Part shown: piece by piece, positions 40,554-56,203 of the stretch | Layout of the letters: each line of letters begins with the position of its first letter | Position numbering within the stretch: the first letter of the stretch is position 1 | DNA from: the human T2T-CHM13v2.0 reference genome, Homo sapiens | Length of the DNA stretch: 64,000 bases | Reading direction: 5' to 3' (one strand) | NCBI RefSeq assembly: GCF_009914755.1 | Contig: NC_060931.1 | Program-made: the position numbers and the translations under genes | Notes under the pieces: generated by a model | What the model saw: the letters and a program-made list of their open reading frames with translations, nothing else | Told to the model about the DNA's origin: nothing | Database searches by the model: none

Positions 40554-43470
40554 TATAGCTTACATGAACTCTTGCAAAATATCCAAAATGCATTTCTGCT
40601 TCTCGCTTAAGGAAAGACTTCTGGTTGTCCTGGAATTTGAGGTGCTTGAAGGTCTGCTGTCAGCTCAACTTTGCATCTTCTTTCTCTGGGATGCCCCTCC
40701 CATACCATTTTTAGTCACGCAAAATCTCTTGTACTTTTGAGCAGGTCATATGTTTCTATGTTTCCCCATCTTCTCGAAGACTGTCTTCATCACCTGCGTG
40801 GCCATTGCTCACTTTTCTCTTTGTAGAAACTGTCTTCAAAATCTAGGTCAAATATCATACATCCATGATTCCTTGGCTGGCTCTCCGAAAGGTCAAATAG
40901 TAATTTTTTAAAAATTAATGATGTCTGTCTTCTTGTCTATGAACAGAAATGCATCATCAGTGCTGAGTCAGAAGGACTAAAAGATTAAGGTTTCAGAAGC
41001 ACTGGGAGATCTGGGAATGGGAAGTCCAGAAGAGTACCCATCAAAAGTTAGGGTGGCTGACCTGAGGGCTTCAGACTGAAAGCACCAAAGCAGTTGGTTC
41101 TCATGAGCTCTCTGGGGATGGGGACTGTGAGAATCCCCATAACCAATGGGAGTTCCTACTAGCTCATTCAAGCTACAGCCTCAGGCACATGGCCCTCAGG
41201 GCCATGCTGGCCAGCCACACAGCCCTGCAGATTGTTCCTGAGAATAAGGACTGCTCTTTTCACACCTGGGGGAGTGCCTCTCGTTGGTCCACTCAAATGT
41301 GGAACTACGGGTAGAAGGGATATTGGGCAATGCAATTCCCAGCTTGTTTTTGGCATACAGAAAGGGTCGCGGCAGGGCCAGTCTACGGCATGCAATTTAG
41401 CACATCACCTTTGCTTCAAAGACATCATCTTGACTTTTGTAATTTTATTAACTGGATTCGTAGACTTACCTTGGATGGGGATGGCATCTTACATATTCTT
41501 TGATTTGCAATTCCCAGCATAGTGCTTAGCAAATCTTCAATAAATGAACAAATAAATCAAACTTAAAAGTATAGCAGAAGGCCTAGAGTCTATCTTCAGC
41601 TCCACACATTCTTATTATTTTGCCAAAATCACTAATTACAAGCCTTCATATTTGCATCATTAAAACTATATAAACATCTCCATCCCACACTCACATACTT
41701 TTTTAAAATTAACAGCTGTGAGTGATATCACTCCATGAGTGATAGAGATAGCTCTGTAGGCTGAAACAGTTGCTTACAAAAATAAGATCTCTTTTAAAAA
41801 AGATGTTAATAATTTTAATTATACCACATTTAAGCAGCAGAAGGGGGATTTATTTTGCCCTCTGCATAACAGTTTCCTTTTGTATGATGCTACAGCCATT
41901 TCTTAGTAAATAAATGAATTAATTAAAAATTATTGCTTTAAAATTATGATTTATTGCTGCCACAGATGATTACAAAAGCCATGTACCCATGCTTCAAAGA
42001 GTAAACACAAGAGGAGTCTTCTCCTACTGTGACAATATGCCACATATGGAAAAATCAAGATGAACAACTTAATAAACCTTTAAAAACTGTTGCGATCACT
42101 TTTGGTCACTGTCACTGTACAGGATTATTTGCAGGGCTTCTGAGGTCCACTAATTATTTTCCTCTACTTTCATGCCACCAGTTACCTTGGCTTGCCTTCA
42201 TTTACTGAGTAAGGTAAAATGCTGTCACAAATGTTTATCATGATCTATGTTACATGCTACTGCTTTAGTTGGCAGAGGACATTACCTCACAAGGGAGGTG
42301 GCCTGGGTATTAATATCAGTATTGGCTCAAAGAAGATGCTTTACCTTCCTTCCAGTTCTCAGCTGCTTTTTCATCTTGAAAATAACCTCATTCAGATAAT
42401 AAGGATTCTAATACTCTGTTCTGCTCAAAATTTTTATTAATGCATAATAACTTTACATATTTTGTACCACTTGATAGAAAGATATAAAATGTGTTTTAAT
42501 AGGGTTTGAAAAATCACAATTACTGTTATTTCATAATTTATATTAATTGCAGAATCAGATTTCCCATCAATAAACTAGTACTTGAAAGTGAATGAGGAGG
42601 TAACTTCATGGAAATGATGAAATAAGAAGCCCCATCAATTGATTTCTCCCTGGAAACAATCTTTAAACTGACAAGAAACTGACCATATCAACTTTTTCAA
42701 AATTCTCAGAGCCCATGGAAATCTCACAATACCAACGGAGTGTTTAGTGAAGAAAGAGGCTTCAAAGTCTCATTAATATATAGTTATGTCCATTTTGTTT
42801 ACCTATCTAACTTTCCCTAATCCCTAGGCTCATGGCAGCGCCCCTCAGTCTGGAGTGGCTTTCCAGGAAGCATCTGATTAAAGAATTTAAGACATACAGT
42901 AGCTACTTATAGAGCTCTGGGGCATGGGACCATAGATGAGGCAAGCAACAAAGATTACCACAAGCCTGGGAAGAAGGAGGCTGAGAAGGAAGCTTCTTTG
43001 GGGAAATATATATTCTGAAGGGTTTCCAGATGTAACAGGAAATATGAAGTATACTATTTATGCTCAGGACTGGACATACATTCAGAAAAAATCTAAGAGT
43101 ACCGTAGTATTGTAAGTCTAATATTGGGCTTCATGTAAACAGAAAGTGAAGGCTAAGGCAGAGTCACACATGGCTCGACCTAAAGGACTACCTCAGTCAG
43201 AGCCTGTCTTCAAAGATTGGGAGACTTTTTTTTTCTTTTAGACTCCAAGCATTTCATCAGCTCTCTGTCAGGTAACTGGCTAACTGATGAGATAATAGAA
43301 TAGAAACTGTGGTGGCAATATACGAGAAGAAATATATTCTTTGCAAAAATAGTTTGGAAAAGTCACTAAACAAATAGATGACTGCAAACCTCAACAATAC
43401 ACAATAGCAAATTCTGAAGTGGAGGAAAGACTAATTTCTAGTATTACTACATTCAAAGTGCCAAATTTCA

Positions 43471-43862
<392 letters not shown>

Positions 43863-44268
43863 TATGGCTCATTCACAGGAAAAAAAAAGAAAATAAACTT
43901 ACAGAAACTGTATCCAAGGAAACTCAGGCATTAAACTTACTAGACACTTTAAATCAACCAGCTGAAATATGTGCAAACAGCAAGAAAAAACAATTAATAA
44001 AGAACTGAAGAAAACTAGGAGAATGATGTACAAACAAGTCAAGGATATCAATAAAGATATAGTATAAAAACAAAATAGAAATTCGGATACTAAAAAGTAT
44101 AATAACTAAAGTGAAAAATTCACCAGAAAGGTTCAACAGCAGATTTGAGTAGACAGAAGAAATAATCAGTAAACTTAAAAATAGGACAATTGAGATAACT
44201 TACTGTGAAAAGAGGAAGCAAAGCAAGCAAGTCTCTGTAAGATAATTCATTGGTTCTTTTGGTCTCAG

Positions 44269-44280
44269 GCCGCCATTTTG
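44269..44280 (+). promoter_or_regulatory. Extended YY1 consensus motif GCCGCCATTTTG
   Basis: Exact 12-bp match retaining its CpG; motif only, no functional evidence. Confidence 0.35.
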
Positions 44281-44859
44281 TAACTTGCTCTTGTACACTG
44301 CCTTCATGACTTGAAAGAATTAATGCATCTTCAAAATTCTGCTCTGTACCTAACAACAGAGTCTGAAAACATAAGAATTATAGTATGCTTTCTCTTTTTG
44401 TTTCTCTAAAGCCCTTCTATGAAGTAAATAGGTTAAATCTTTTTCATCAAAGTTGAAATGGCTTGCCATGGGTCTAGATAAGACTAGAAACTGGACTCTC
44501 CAAATTTCTATTATAAACTCAAAATCTAAGTATTGTTTTGGACCTATCCACAGCAGCTTCGTGTTCAGAAGTAGAAACGACTTTGTCAAAGTGTTCTAGC
44601 AAGTAAGATTGTTTTAAATAGAAAAGAATTTATTCTAATGCATCATGATAAAGTGATTTAAAATTTACATTTTAGTATATTTCTGCTGAACTTGACTCTC
44701 TATGATTAAGTTGTCTTTCTTATACAGCTTTGGGAATTTTACAAAATATAAGATTGTCAGTCCAGTTCTTTACAGAAAAAAAGTTTGACAGGTAATTTCC
44801 ATTCTCTTCTTTATTATCAGAAAGATATGATAATTATTATAATTGCTTCTTTTAACAAT

Positions 44860-45105
44860 TTTAATAATAAGACAAATATTTTCAGTATTTAGTATGAGCT
44901 TAGTTACTGTACCAATTCTAGGCAGGCATGGTTTTCTGTAATTCTAGTGGGAACATAGGGAGGAAAGTTAATTGAATTTATATATAAGGAAATTAAACTG
45001 AATATCTTAAGAAATTTGCTCAAGTATACACAGTCAGAAAAATGACTAGTCCAAAAGGTGAAATTAGACCACCAAATCCCTAGGTCATGTTCTTTCCGTT
45101 AGGCT
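44860..45105 (-). mobile_element. MIR
   Basis: 'tataaggaaattaaactg...taagaaatttgctcaagtatacacagtcag'. Confidence 0.5.
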
Positions 45106-48100
45106 TAATAACTGCCAAAATGCAAGCCCTTAGTTTGCAGTCTTTAATGCAGATTTTCTTTGCTATATTAAACCTTACAGACATTACTGACATCAGATGA
45201 AATCGTGTCTTCTCCCTGGGCAGAGAAACACTTTTAAGATGTTCCCTAAATAATGGATGAGCACAAGGCTAGAGGCATAGCACTCAGACAGAAAGAGGAG
45301 ACAAAGAACATTGCGGGCCAACTCTGTAATTGCACCTAAGTCATCTCATCAACTCCTCACAGCACATGACATTACAGCTGAGGAGACTAGGCTAGAGTTC
45401 CTACAGAGCTTACCAAAACCCCTAAGTTCATGCCTGTGTGTCCTCTTGTATGTGTGTGGCTTGGGGACAAAGACGTCCAGGGCAGGTGGGACAAAGCAGG
45501 AGGAACCACATTTGATTCTAATCTTTTTCTACTATGCTTTTTAAATTTGTTACGATGAACAAATCAGAATTACTTTTAGAAAATAATGTGTTTTCTATTC
45601 TACCTCATTTCAAATTGATTAGTGAAGAGGAAGATCAGCGGTCACGTGATCTCTTTGAAGGGTCAAAATAACTGAATTGAACACAAATAAGCAACAGTTA
45701 TTTCAATAATTTCTCAAACACACTGGGCAAGGTTTGGGGTCTTTCATTCTAGTGTTTACTAACTGGTCATTAAAACAACAGAAAATACAAATGAATTAAA
45801 CGAAATATCTCAAGCAAGCTCATTGAGAAAAGTTCTGTGTCATTGTATTGAGACCTCACATTTCAGCTATTTGATACAAGTTTTAAAAAGCAGGGAAATA
45901 TTTAGAGAGAAATTTAACATGTTTAACAACAATTTGTGGAAATGCAGCAATATCAAAAACTTAACTTAGCATTAGAAATTTATACTTATTTTCCTGACCA
46001 TTAATTTCCACACTAACAACAGATAGTAAAAGTAAAAGACAGATCCTCACCAGTAAGCAGCTTAAGGTAGGATAGGAAGCGATGCACCAGAAATGGTGAA
46101 TGATAATAGGAGAGAATTTTTAGGTGAATGAAGTAAACTGTGCCTCTTTCAACCTTCTCAAACTTTGTTGTGTTTTTAATGAAATTCTAAGAATCAACCC
46201 TTCAATCATATTTCCATAGAGTAATGTAACAAATGTTTTTAAAATTTACATAGCTTCTTCCCAAACTGCATTTCCAATTAGTAATTAAAATCAAATTATT
46301 TTATCTCTCCTAATACTTTATCTTCCACCTGACTTTAAATATGAAAAATAAAAGCATAAATATCTTATTTTTAAAAAGGAAAAATATTCTATAGATATTG
46401 AATATTTTCAATAGAAAAAGATCTTTACATGTAAAAAATAGAAGAAATCACAAAAGATAATAATTCTATACTTTAACACGTCAAAGTTAAAAAGTAATAT
46501 ATAAACTTTCAGTTTCTAGTCTATTAAAATAGAGAGAAGCTTAGAAGCCACCACTCATACCCACACAACTAGAACTAAGCTGAACAAACTGAAAATCAAT
46601 AATGTTTTTCAGATCCGTCAGATAATAGAGGCCATAGGGCACTGCTGCCTGGAAAACTGGAGAGGCAGGTACCAAGAATCATAGCCTGCTGGGGCAGAGG
46701 CCCAGGAGCAGAGGCCCACAGCTGAGCTAATACTTGAACTGCAATTAGCAAATACTGGTGACCCAAAGTGGACTAGCTTGAAAGTTAAAAACACCAAGGG
46801 ATCGAATATTAGAGGGATCCACACTCTTTCTTGCGTGTTACCTCCAGGAGCCCCACCAGGTTCTCAGAATTATTACAGAAAAATTCCCTCAAGCTTCCAG
46901 CAGAGGGGAGGAAAAGTAACCATTTTGAAATATGCTTAAAGAACTCTTTTTTCCTTAATAAAGTCCAGCCCACAGGCAAACTATTTCACTCAAGACCAGC
47001 TGACTTGGGTCTTATTGCCTTACCAATGTGGGGAAATAAAAATATCCAACTCAACCCCTGCTAGCTTTTGACTTGGGAAAAGGAAAGGAAAATACTAAAA
47101 TCTAGCCATTTCTAGCCTTCTTTTCCTACCTAAATGGAGGCGGGAGGGAGCTAGGAAGTAATTCTAAAGGTCACAGCCCAGAGGCACAGTCTCACTAAGA
47201 GACTAAGATTGAATGATGGTATTACAGGAGACACCCCCCTCGCCACCTCCACATCAGTTAGCCTTCTGTATAATAACAGGGAATTACAGATAAAATGACC
47301 ACAAGATTCAAACTCTATATGAGGAGGATCCAAGACAACGGAAAAGATAATCCAAAATACTAGAGAAAATGTTAGCTTCTGGCACCTAGAGCAAGAGAAA
47401 ACAGTATACACACCTACAATTGAGCCAGATAAATGTAAACTTCACACTAAAGGCCTATTTATTTCAGTTCCTTTTACCTGACACATTAGGTCTGGCTCTC
47501 AAAAAAAAAAGTTACAAGGCATAAAAAAGGCAAAAATAAATTAAAAAGCAAAACAAGCTAAACAAAAATAAAACAAAACCAAAAATAAAAACAAAAAACC
47601 TTAAAGACATAAAATATCAGAATCAGACTCAGATACACCAAGGATTATAAAACTTATCAGTGCAGGAATGTAAATTAACTATGATTAAAATATGCTAAGG
47701 ATGCTATTGGAAAAGTAATCAACAAGCAATAACAGATGGAAAAAATAAGCAGAGAGATGGAAACTGTAAGAAAGAATAAAAAAGAAAAGCTAGAGATTGA
47801 AAAAAAGAAAAAAAAAGTAATATAGACCTGAAGAAAGCCTTTGATGGGATCATCAGTAGACTGGACACAACTGGAGAAAAAAACAGTGAGCTTGAAACAT
47901 GTCAACAGACACTTCTCAAACTTAATAAGCAAAAGAAAGACAAAAAGAAAGAAACAATAAGAAAACAGAGAACAGATTATCTAGTAACCGTTGGAAAATT
48001 ACAGAAGGTATAGTAGATCCATAATGTGAATAGCAAAAGAAGAAAGAGAAAAAGAAACAGAAAAAATTAGTAGAATTAATAATGGCTTAAGTAATGGAGA

Positions 48101-48600
48101 ATTTTCCAAAATTAATGACAGATACCAAACTACACATCTAGGAAGCTCAAGGAAAACCAAGCAGGATAGAGCCTTTTGTTTGTTTGTTTTTTTAAAAAGC
48201 ATCTAAGCATATCATATTCAAACTGCAGAAAAATCAAAGAGAAAGAGAAAATTTTGAAAGAAGCCACAGATAGGGAAATGCCTTACCCAGAGAGGAACAA
48301 GGAAATGTATTATGTTAGAATTCTTTCTGGAAATCACGTGAGCAGAAAGAGGAGTGGGGTAAAATATTTACACTATTGAAAGAAAAGACACCCACTTGAA
48401 ATTCCATATCCAGTAAAATTATCCTTCAGAAATGAAGAAATAAAGATGTTTTCAGATAAAAGTTGAGAGAATTTGTCACCAGGAGGCCTGCCTTTCATGA
48501 TATGTTAAAATACCTTCTTCAGAGGAGGAAATGATGCAGGTTAGAAACTTGTATCTACATTAATAAAGAAAGAGCATTTTTTTTAAAAAAATCAAGAAAG

Positions 48601-48916
<316 letters not shown>

Positions 48917-49711
48917 CTAAAATATTTTGTCTTATTCTTAATTAGTGTAAGAGAAAATAGTTTTTTTCAAAATAATATTAGCAACAATGTACTAGCTAAT
49001 TATAGCATAGATAAGTAAAATGAGTGATAGAAATACTATAAGGAACAGGAGAAAAAATTAGGAATATACAGTTACAGGGTATCTGCATTATCTAAACATC
49101 AGTAGATAATGCAGCATTAATTATCAGTAGATAATGCATGCTCTCAAATTATAGCATTATTCAAGAGTGGAGTTAGATTAATTACAAATGTATATTGCAA
49201 ATGCTAGGGCAACAAGTAAAATGAAATATAAAACAAACAAAATAAAATAATATATTAAGTTATAATTGGTATGGTAAAAGAGAATCGATAATGGAATCAC
49301 ATGAAACCCTCAGGTAAAACCAAAGAAGGCAGAAAAGAATAGAAGACCAAAAAAATAAGATACAAACAAAGAACAAGGGCAACAAATAGAAAACAGTTAC
49401 AGGTAATGTAGACATTAATCCAACTATATCATTAATCACAGTAAATGTGAATGGTCTAATATATCAATTAAATATACCAACTAAAAGGTAGAAACTTTAA
49501 AAGTGAATAGAAAAACAAAAGCCAACTATATGTTGTCCATAAGAATATAAAGACACAAAAGGGTTAAAAGTAAAGGCATAAGGAAAAACATACTATGATT
49601 ACAATAATCAAAAGAAATCATGAGTAGCTATATAAGTTTCAAACAAAGCAGACTTCAGAGAAAGGAAAATTAACAGAAATGAAGAGGGACATTACATAAT
49701 GATAAAGTAGT

Positions 49712-50100
49712 TGATATGGTTTCACTCTGTGTCCCCATAAAAATCTCATCTTGAACTATAATCCCCACTTGTGGGGGGTCGAGGGGACCTGGTGGGAGGT
49801 GATTGGATCATGGGAGCAGTGTACCCCATGCTGTTCTCATGATAGTGAGTTATTATAAAATCTGATGGTTTAAAAGTGTGTGGCATTTCCCCTCTCACTC
49901 TCTCTCTCTCTCCTGCTCCACCATGGTAAGATGTGCTTGTTTCCTCTTCACCTTTCACCATGATTGTAAGTTTCCTGAGGCCTCCCAGTCATGCTTCCTG
50001 TTAAGCCTGTGGAACTGTGAGTCAATTAAATCTCTTTTCTTAATAAATTACCCAGTCTCAGGTAGTTTTTTTTATAGCAGTGTGAAAACAAACTAATATA
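49712..50100 (+). mobile_element. THE1D-type solo LTR nested in L1 ORF2
   Basis: 'tgatatggtttcactctgtgtcccca...aaattacccagtctcaggtagt...gcagtgtgaaaacaaactaatata'. Confidence 0.9.
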
Positions 50101-52912
50101 GTGGCCAATAAGTCATAACAATCCTCAATGTGTATGCACCTAACAATATAGCCTCAAAATACTTTAAGTGTAAACAGAACTACAGGGAGAAATAGACAAC
50201 TCTACTGTTTTAGTTAAATCTTCGATGACTCTCCATTTATAATTAACAGACCCAGCAAGCCGAAAATATGTAAGGACAGAGTTGAAATGAACACCACCAC
50301 CAATCAATTGAACCTAATTGATATCTATAAAACACTTCATTCAACAACAGCATAGTACAGACTTTTCTCAATCTCATGTGAAATACTCACCAATAAATTA
50401 TACAAATATTATTCAATCTCTTTTAAAAAATACAAGAGAGTAATTTGCTTAGTAATTAATTCTATGAAGACTGCATTAGTCTGAAAACAAAATCAAGCAG
50501 AGACATTACAGAAAAGGAAAGCTATAGGCCAATATTTCTCATGAACGTAAATATAAAAACCTGTAAATAGACAGAACATAGATAACAAAATATTAGCAAA
50601 TTGAATGCAACAGTTTATACACCATAACAAAGTGGAATCTATCCCAGGTATGAAAAGCCCTTTGAACATTAGGTAATCAATCAGTTTAATCAATAAATCA
50701 ACATACTAAATAATAAAGATTATATATTCATTATAAAAATAATGCAAAAAAAGCATTTGACAAAATCCAATATTAATTCATGATAAAAACTCAGTAAGGT
50801 AGAAATAGAGGTAAATTGCCTCAACTTCATAAAGAACATTCATAAAAACTTACAACTAACATCATACTTAATGGTGAGACACCAGTTGCTTTCCTCATAA
50901 GATCAGGTTAAAAGCAAGGATGTATCCTTTCATTGATCTTAGTCAACATGATACTGGAAATCCTACTTAGTGAAACAAAAAATAAAAATAAATCAAAGGT
51001 ATATAGAACAGGAAAGAAAAAATAATACCATCTTTGTTTGCAGATGACATAATTGTTTATGTACAAATCTCAAAAAAATCAAAAACCAATCTAGAACTAA
51101 GTAATTATAGTAAGTTTGCAGGTACTATATTAATATACAAAAGTCAATTCATTTCAAAGATAGTTGATATTTAAAATTTTAAAATACAACAGAATTTACA
51201 CTAGCACAAATAAATGAAATCCCTGAGTATTAATCTAAAGAACTATCTATAATATCTATACGAGGATACTACAAAACTCTGATGAAAGAAATCAAAGCTC
51301 TAAATAAAAGGAGAGATATTCTATCTCGAGAGACAGAAAAACTTAATCTTGTCAAGATATAAGTTCTTGCCAACTTGATCTATAGATTCATTGTAATTTC
51401 AACCAAAATTAAAAGGTTGTTTTGTGTCTATTAACAAAGTGATTCTAAAGCTTATATGAAAAGGCAAAAGACCCAGAATTGCCAATAAAATGCTGCAGAA
51501 GTACAAAATTGGAAGCCTGACACTTCTCAACTTTAAGACTAACTATAAACGATGATCGAGGCAGTGTGATATTGGTGAAATAGTAAACAAATAGATCAAT
51601 GGAACAGAATACAGTGCTCAGGAATAGACTTATACAAATACATTCAACTAATCTTTTACAAAAGGGTAAAGGTAAAGGTAATTCAATGCAGAGAGGATTC
51701 AGTACATTGAACAAATGGTGCTGGAAAAACTAGATCTCTATATGCAAAAAAAAGTAAATTTAGATGCAGACTGCAACTTTTCAAAATTAACTCAAAATAT
51801 ATCATAGATCTGAATGTAAAATGCAAAATTATAGAACTTGTAGAACATAACGTAGGAAAAATCCAGGTGCCCTTGGATCTGGTGACAATTTTTTAGATAC
51901 AACACTTCAATCCATGAAGGAAAAAAAAAATGGCAAGATGGACTTCATTAGAGTTAAAAATCTCTACTCCGTGAAAGATAATGCCAAAAGAATGAGAAGA
52001 CAAGCCACAGACTGAGAGAAAATATTTGTAAAACACTTATTAATAAATAATTTGCATCCAAAATATATAAAAAGTTCTTAAAACTCAACAGTAAGGAAGC
52101 AAACAACTCAATAAAAAATGAAAAAAAATGAACAGAAACCAAAGAGGATAAGCTGATGGCAATTAAACATATGAAAAGATGTCAAACATCATGTATTGTT
52201 GTAGAATTGCAAACCAAAACTATAATGAGAAACCATCACACACCTATGAGAATGGCAAAAACCCAAATAACAGCAAACACCAAATACTGGCAAGGTTGTA
52301 AAGCAACAGGAACTCTCATTCATTGCTGGTGGAAATGAAGGATGGTCCAGCCACTTCAGAAAACAGTTTGACCGCTTCTTAAAAACCAAACATATTCTTA
52401 TCAGGCAATGCAGCAATTACACTCCTTGGTATTTATCCAAATGAGGTGAAGAACCTGCGTCCACAGAGAAACCTTACATGGATATTCATAATTGCCAAAA
52501 CATGAAAGCAACCAAGATGTTCTTCAGTAGGTGAATGAATAATCTGTGTTACATCCATACAATTGAATATTATTCAGTGATGAGAATAAATAAGCTATCA
52601 AGTCATGAAAAAATAAGAAGTAACTTAAATGGCTATTACTAGGTGAAACAAGTTAGTCTGAAAAGTCTACATACTATACAATTCCAACTACAACCCACTT
52701 TGAAAAAGTGGGAATTTTAGGGCAGTAAAATTATCATGTATGATATTACAATGGCAGGTGCATGTCATTATACTTTTGCCAAAACTTTTAGGACTGCACA
52801 ATAGGAAGACTAAACCCTAATATAAATTATAAACCTAAGTTAATAACAAACTTAAGTTAATAACAATGTATTGATATTGATTCATTAATGTTAACAAATG
52901 TACTATAGTAGT

Positions 52913-53805
<893 letters not shown>

Positions 53806-54000
53806 CCAATGCAAAATGTTATTAATAGAGAAATTTTGTGTGCAGGAGGGAGAGCTATAGGAACTCTATAAGCTTTCTGCTCATTTTTTTTGTAAACCTA
53901 AAACTCTTCTACAAATAATATGATTAATATTTTTTAAATGTAACACACATTTTTAAAGGAGAAAAAAACAGAAAAATATGTTAATATCCACTATTTATAA

Positions 54001-54318
<318 letters not shown>

Positions 54319-55299
54319 AAATGTCTTTAATATAGAAAAAAAAATCACAACATTTGAAAATAATAAATGACCAAGGTATACATATTTGAGAACTTGGAGC
54401 AATAGAGTGAGTTAAGCTAATGGGGAATGGCTTCTCTCAGTAGGGCACACAGAAATGCTTCCCAAATTAGAGCCAGACATCAATTTATAACTGAGCCTAA
54501 AATAAGTCAAAATAAAATCTCAGGTATAAGAGACAGAAAGAAAGAGGGATGAGAATCAGGAGGTGAGCATGCATTCATCATTCATGCAGGAGTTCACAGA
54601 GAGGGTCTTCCCTGAGACAGGCCTGCATGTGGTCTACTCCTTTCAGGGAAGAGAACATTGCCAAGAGCTACAGATGTGAGAAAAACATACCTGAGTCAGG
54701 CTTAACCTGCTTTCCCTCAGTGAAAAGCGGAACAGAATTACTCTCACAGAACAAAGAAAGTACAAGAAGTCTGAACTTCTTTACAGTCTTGGGAAGTAAA
54801 AAAAATAAGGAATCAGACATTAGAAGCAGAAATTCAAGGTCTATGCCACCACCTGGACAGGAATTCAAATTTACACAAACTCCCCTGGAAAATAACCATT
54901 AAGCCAAAGAATTAACAAATAATCTCATCCAAGGATATGAAAATTGCCCAGTGGCATGAAGCAGCAAAGGCAGATTTGCTCCACAGAACATTTTAAACAG
55001 CCCCGGGCACAAAGACTTCTTGCAAACAAACTGCCCCTCCAACCATGTATTCATAATCCAAAATGATAAAAACGCATGAAGAAACAGAACATTGCAAAGA
55101 AGACTTGGGGGCTGCAACATACATGTGGGCCGTAACTCCAAGAATAGAACATTCAAGAGTAATCAGATGAAAAACTGTGTGTATGAAATCAAAATAAATA
55201 TAATCCAAATTAAAGAAAAAGATTTTTTTAAATCAATGCTATATATAAAAGGCTGTAATGTTGAGAATGTGGACATTCTTCAAAGATTACTTAGATCAA

Positions 55300-55430
55300 A
55301 TCATGTAATGACTGCTTACTGACTGTGTGAACTCGGGTATGTGACTCAGCCTCTCTATGCTTCAGGTTCCTCAGCTGTAAATAGAGATGATAGAAACTAC
55401 TTCACAGGGTTGATGAGATTGCTAAAGCTG
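55300..55430 (+). mobile_element. MIR
   Basis: 'cttactgactgtgtgaactcggg...cctctctatgcttcaggttcctcagctgtaaatagagatgata...cttcacagggttg'. Confidence 0.7.
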
Positions 55431-55448
55431 TTAAAAACACGATAATGA

Positions 55449-55770
<322 letters not shown>

Positions 55771-56094
55771 CCCACTATAATGTGTAACATACAATATATC
55801 ACTTGGAAAAGTGCATAGTTGGTGTTTAAAAGATGATAGTTATTACGATTAAAAAAGAAAAGAAGTTTTATGTACATGTAAAAGGAGAAATAGTAGGAGA
55901 CAAGAGAAAGAATGAGAAGAGAAAATAAAGAAAATTTCCGAGAATTTTGCCTATTCGAATATATGTGTTTTTAAATTAGTAAACACATGGTATAGCAAAT
56001 AGAATCTGGCACATGTTAGATGATCAAAAAATGTCTGAAAGAAGGAATAAGACATGATCAGGATAAATAATAACAAACGTAAACCTAAATAAAA

Positions 56095-56203
56095 GTGTAT
56101 ATACATGCAGGTATACATATGCACATGTATACATGCATGTGCATATGTATATGTGTGTGTGCTTATTTCTGTATGCCTGCACATATGTGTACATTTGTGC
56201 ATG
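56095..56203. repeat. Degenerate alternating purine-pyrimidine (TA/TG/CA) tract
   Basis: 'gtgtatatacatgcaggtatacatatgcacatgtatacatgcatgtgcatatgtatatgtgtgtgt'. Confidence 0.8.
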
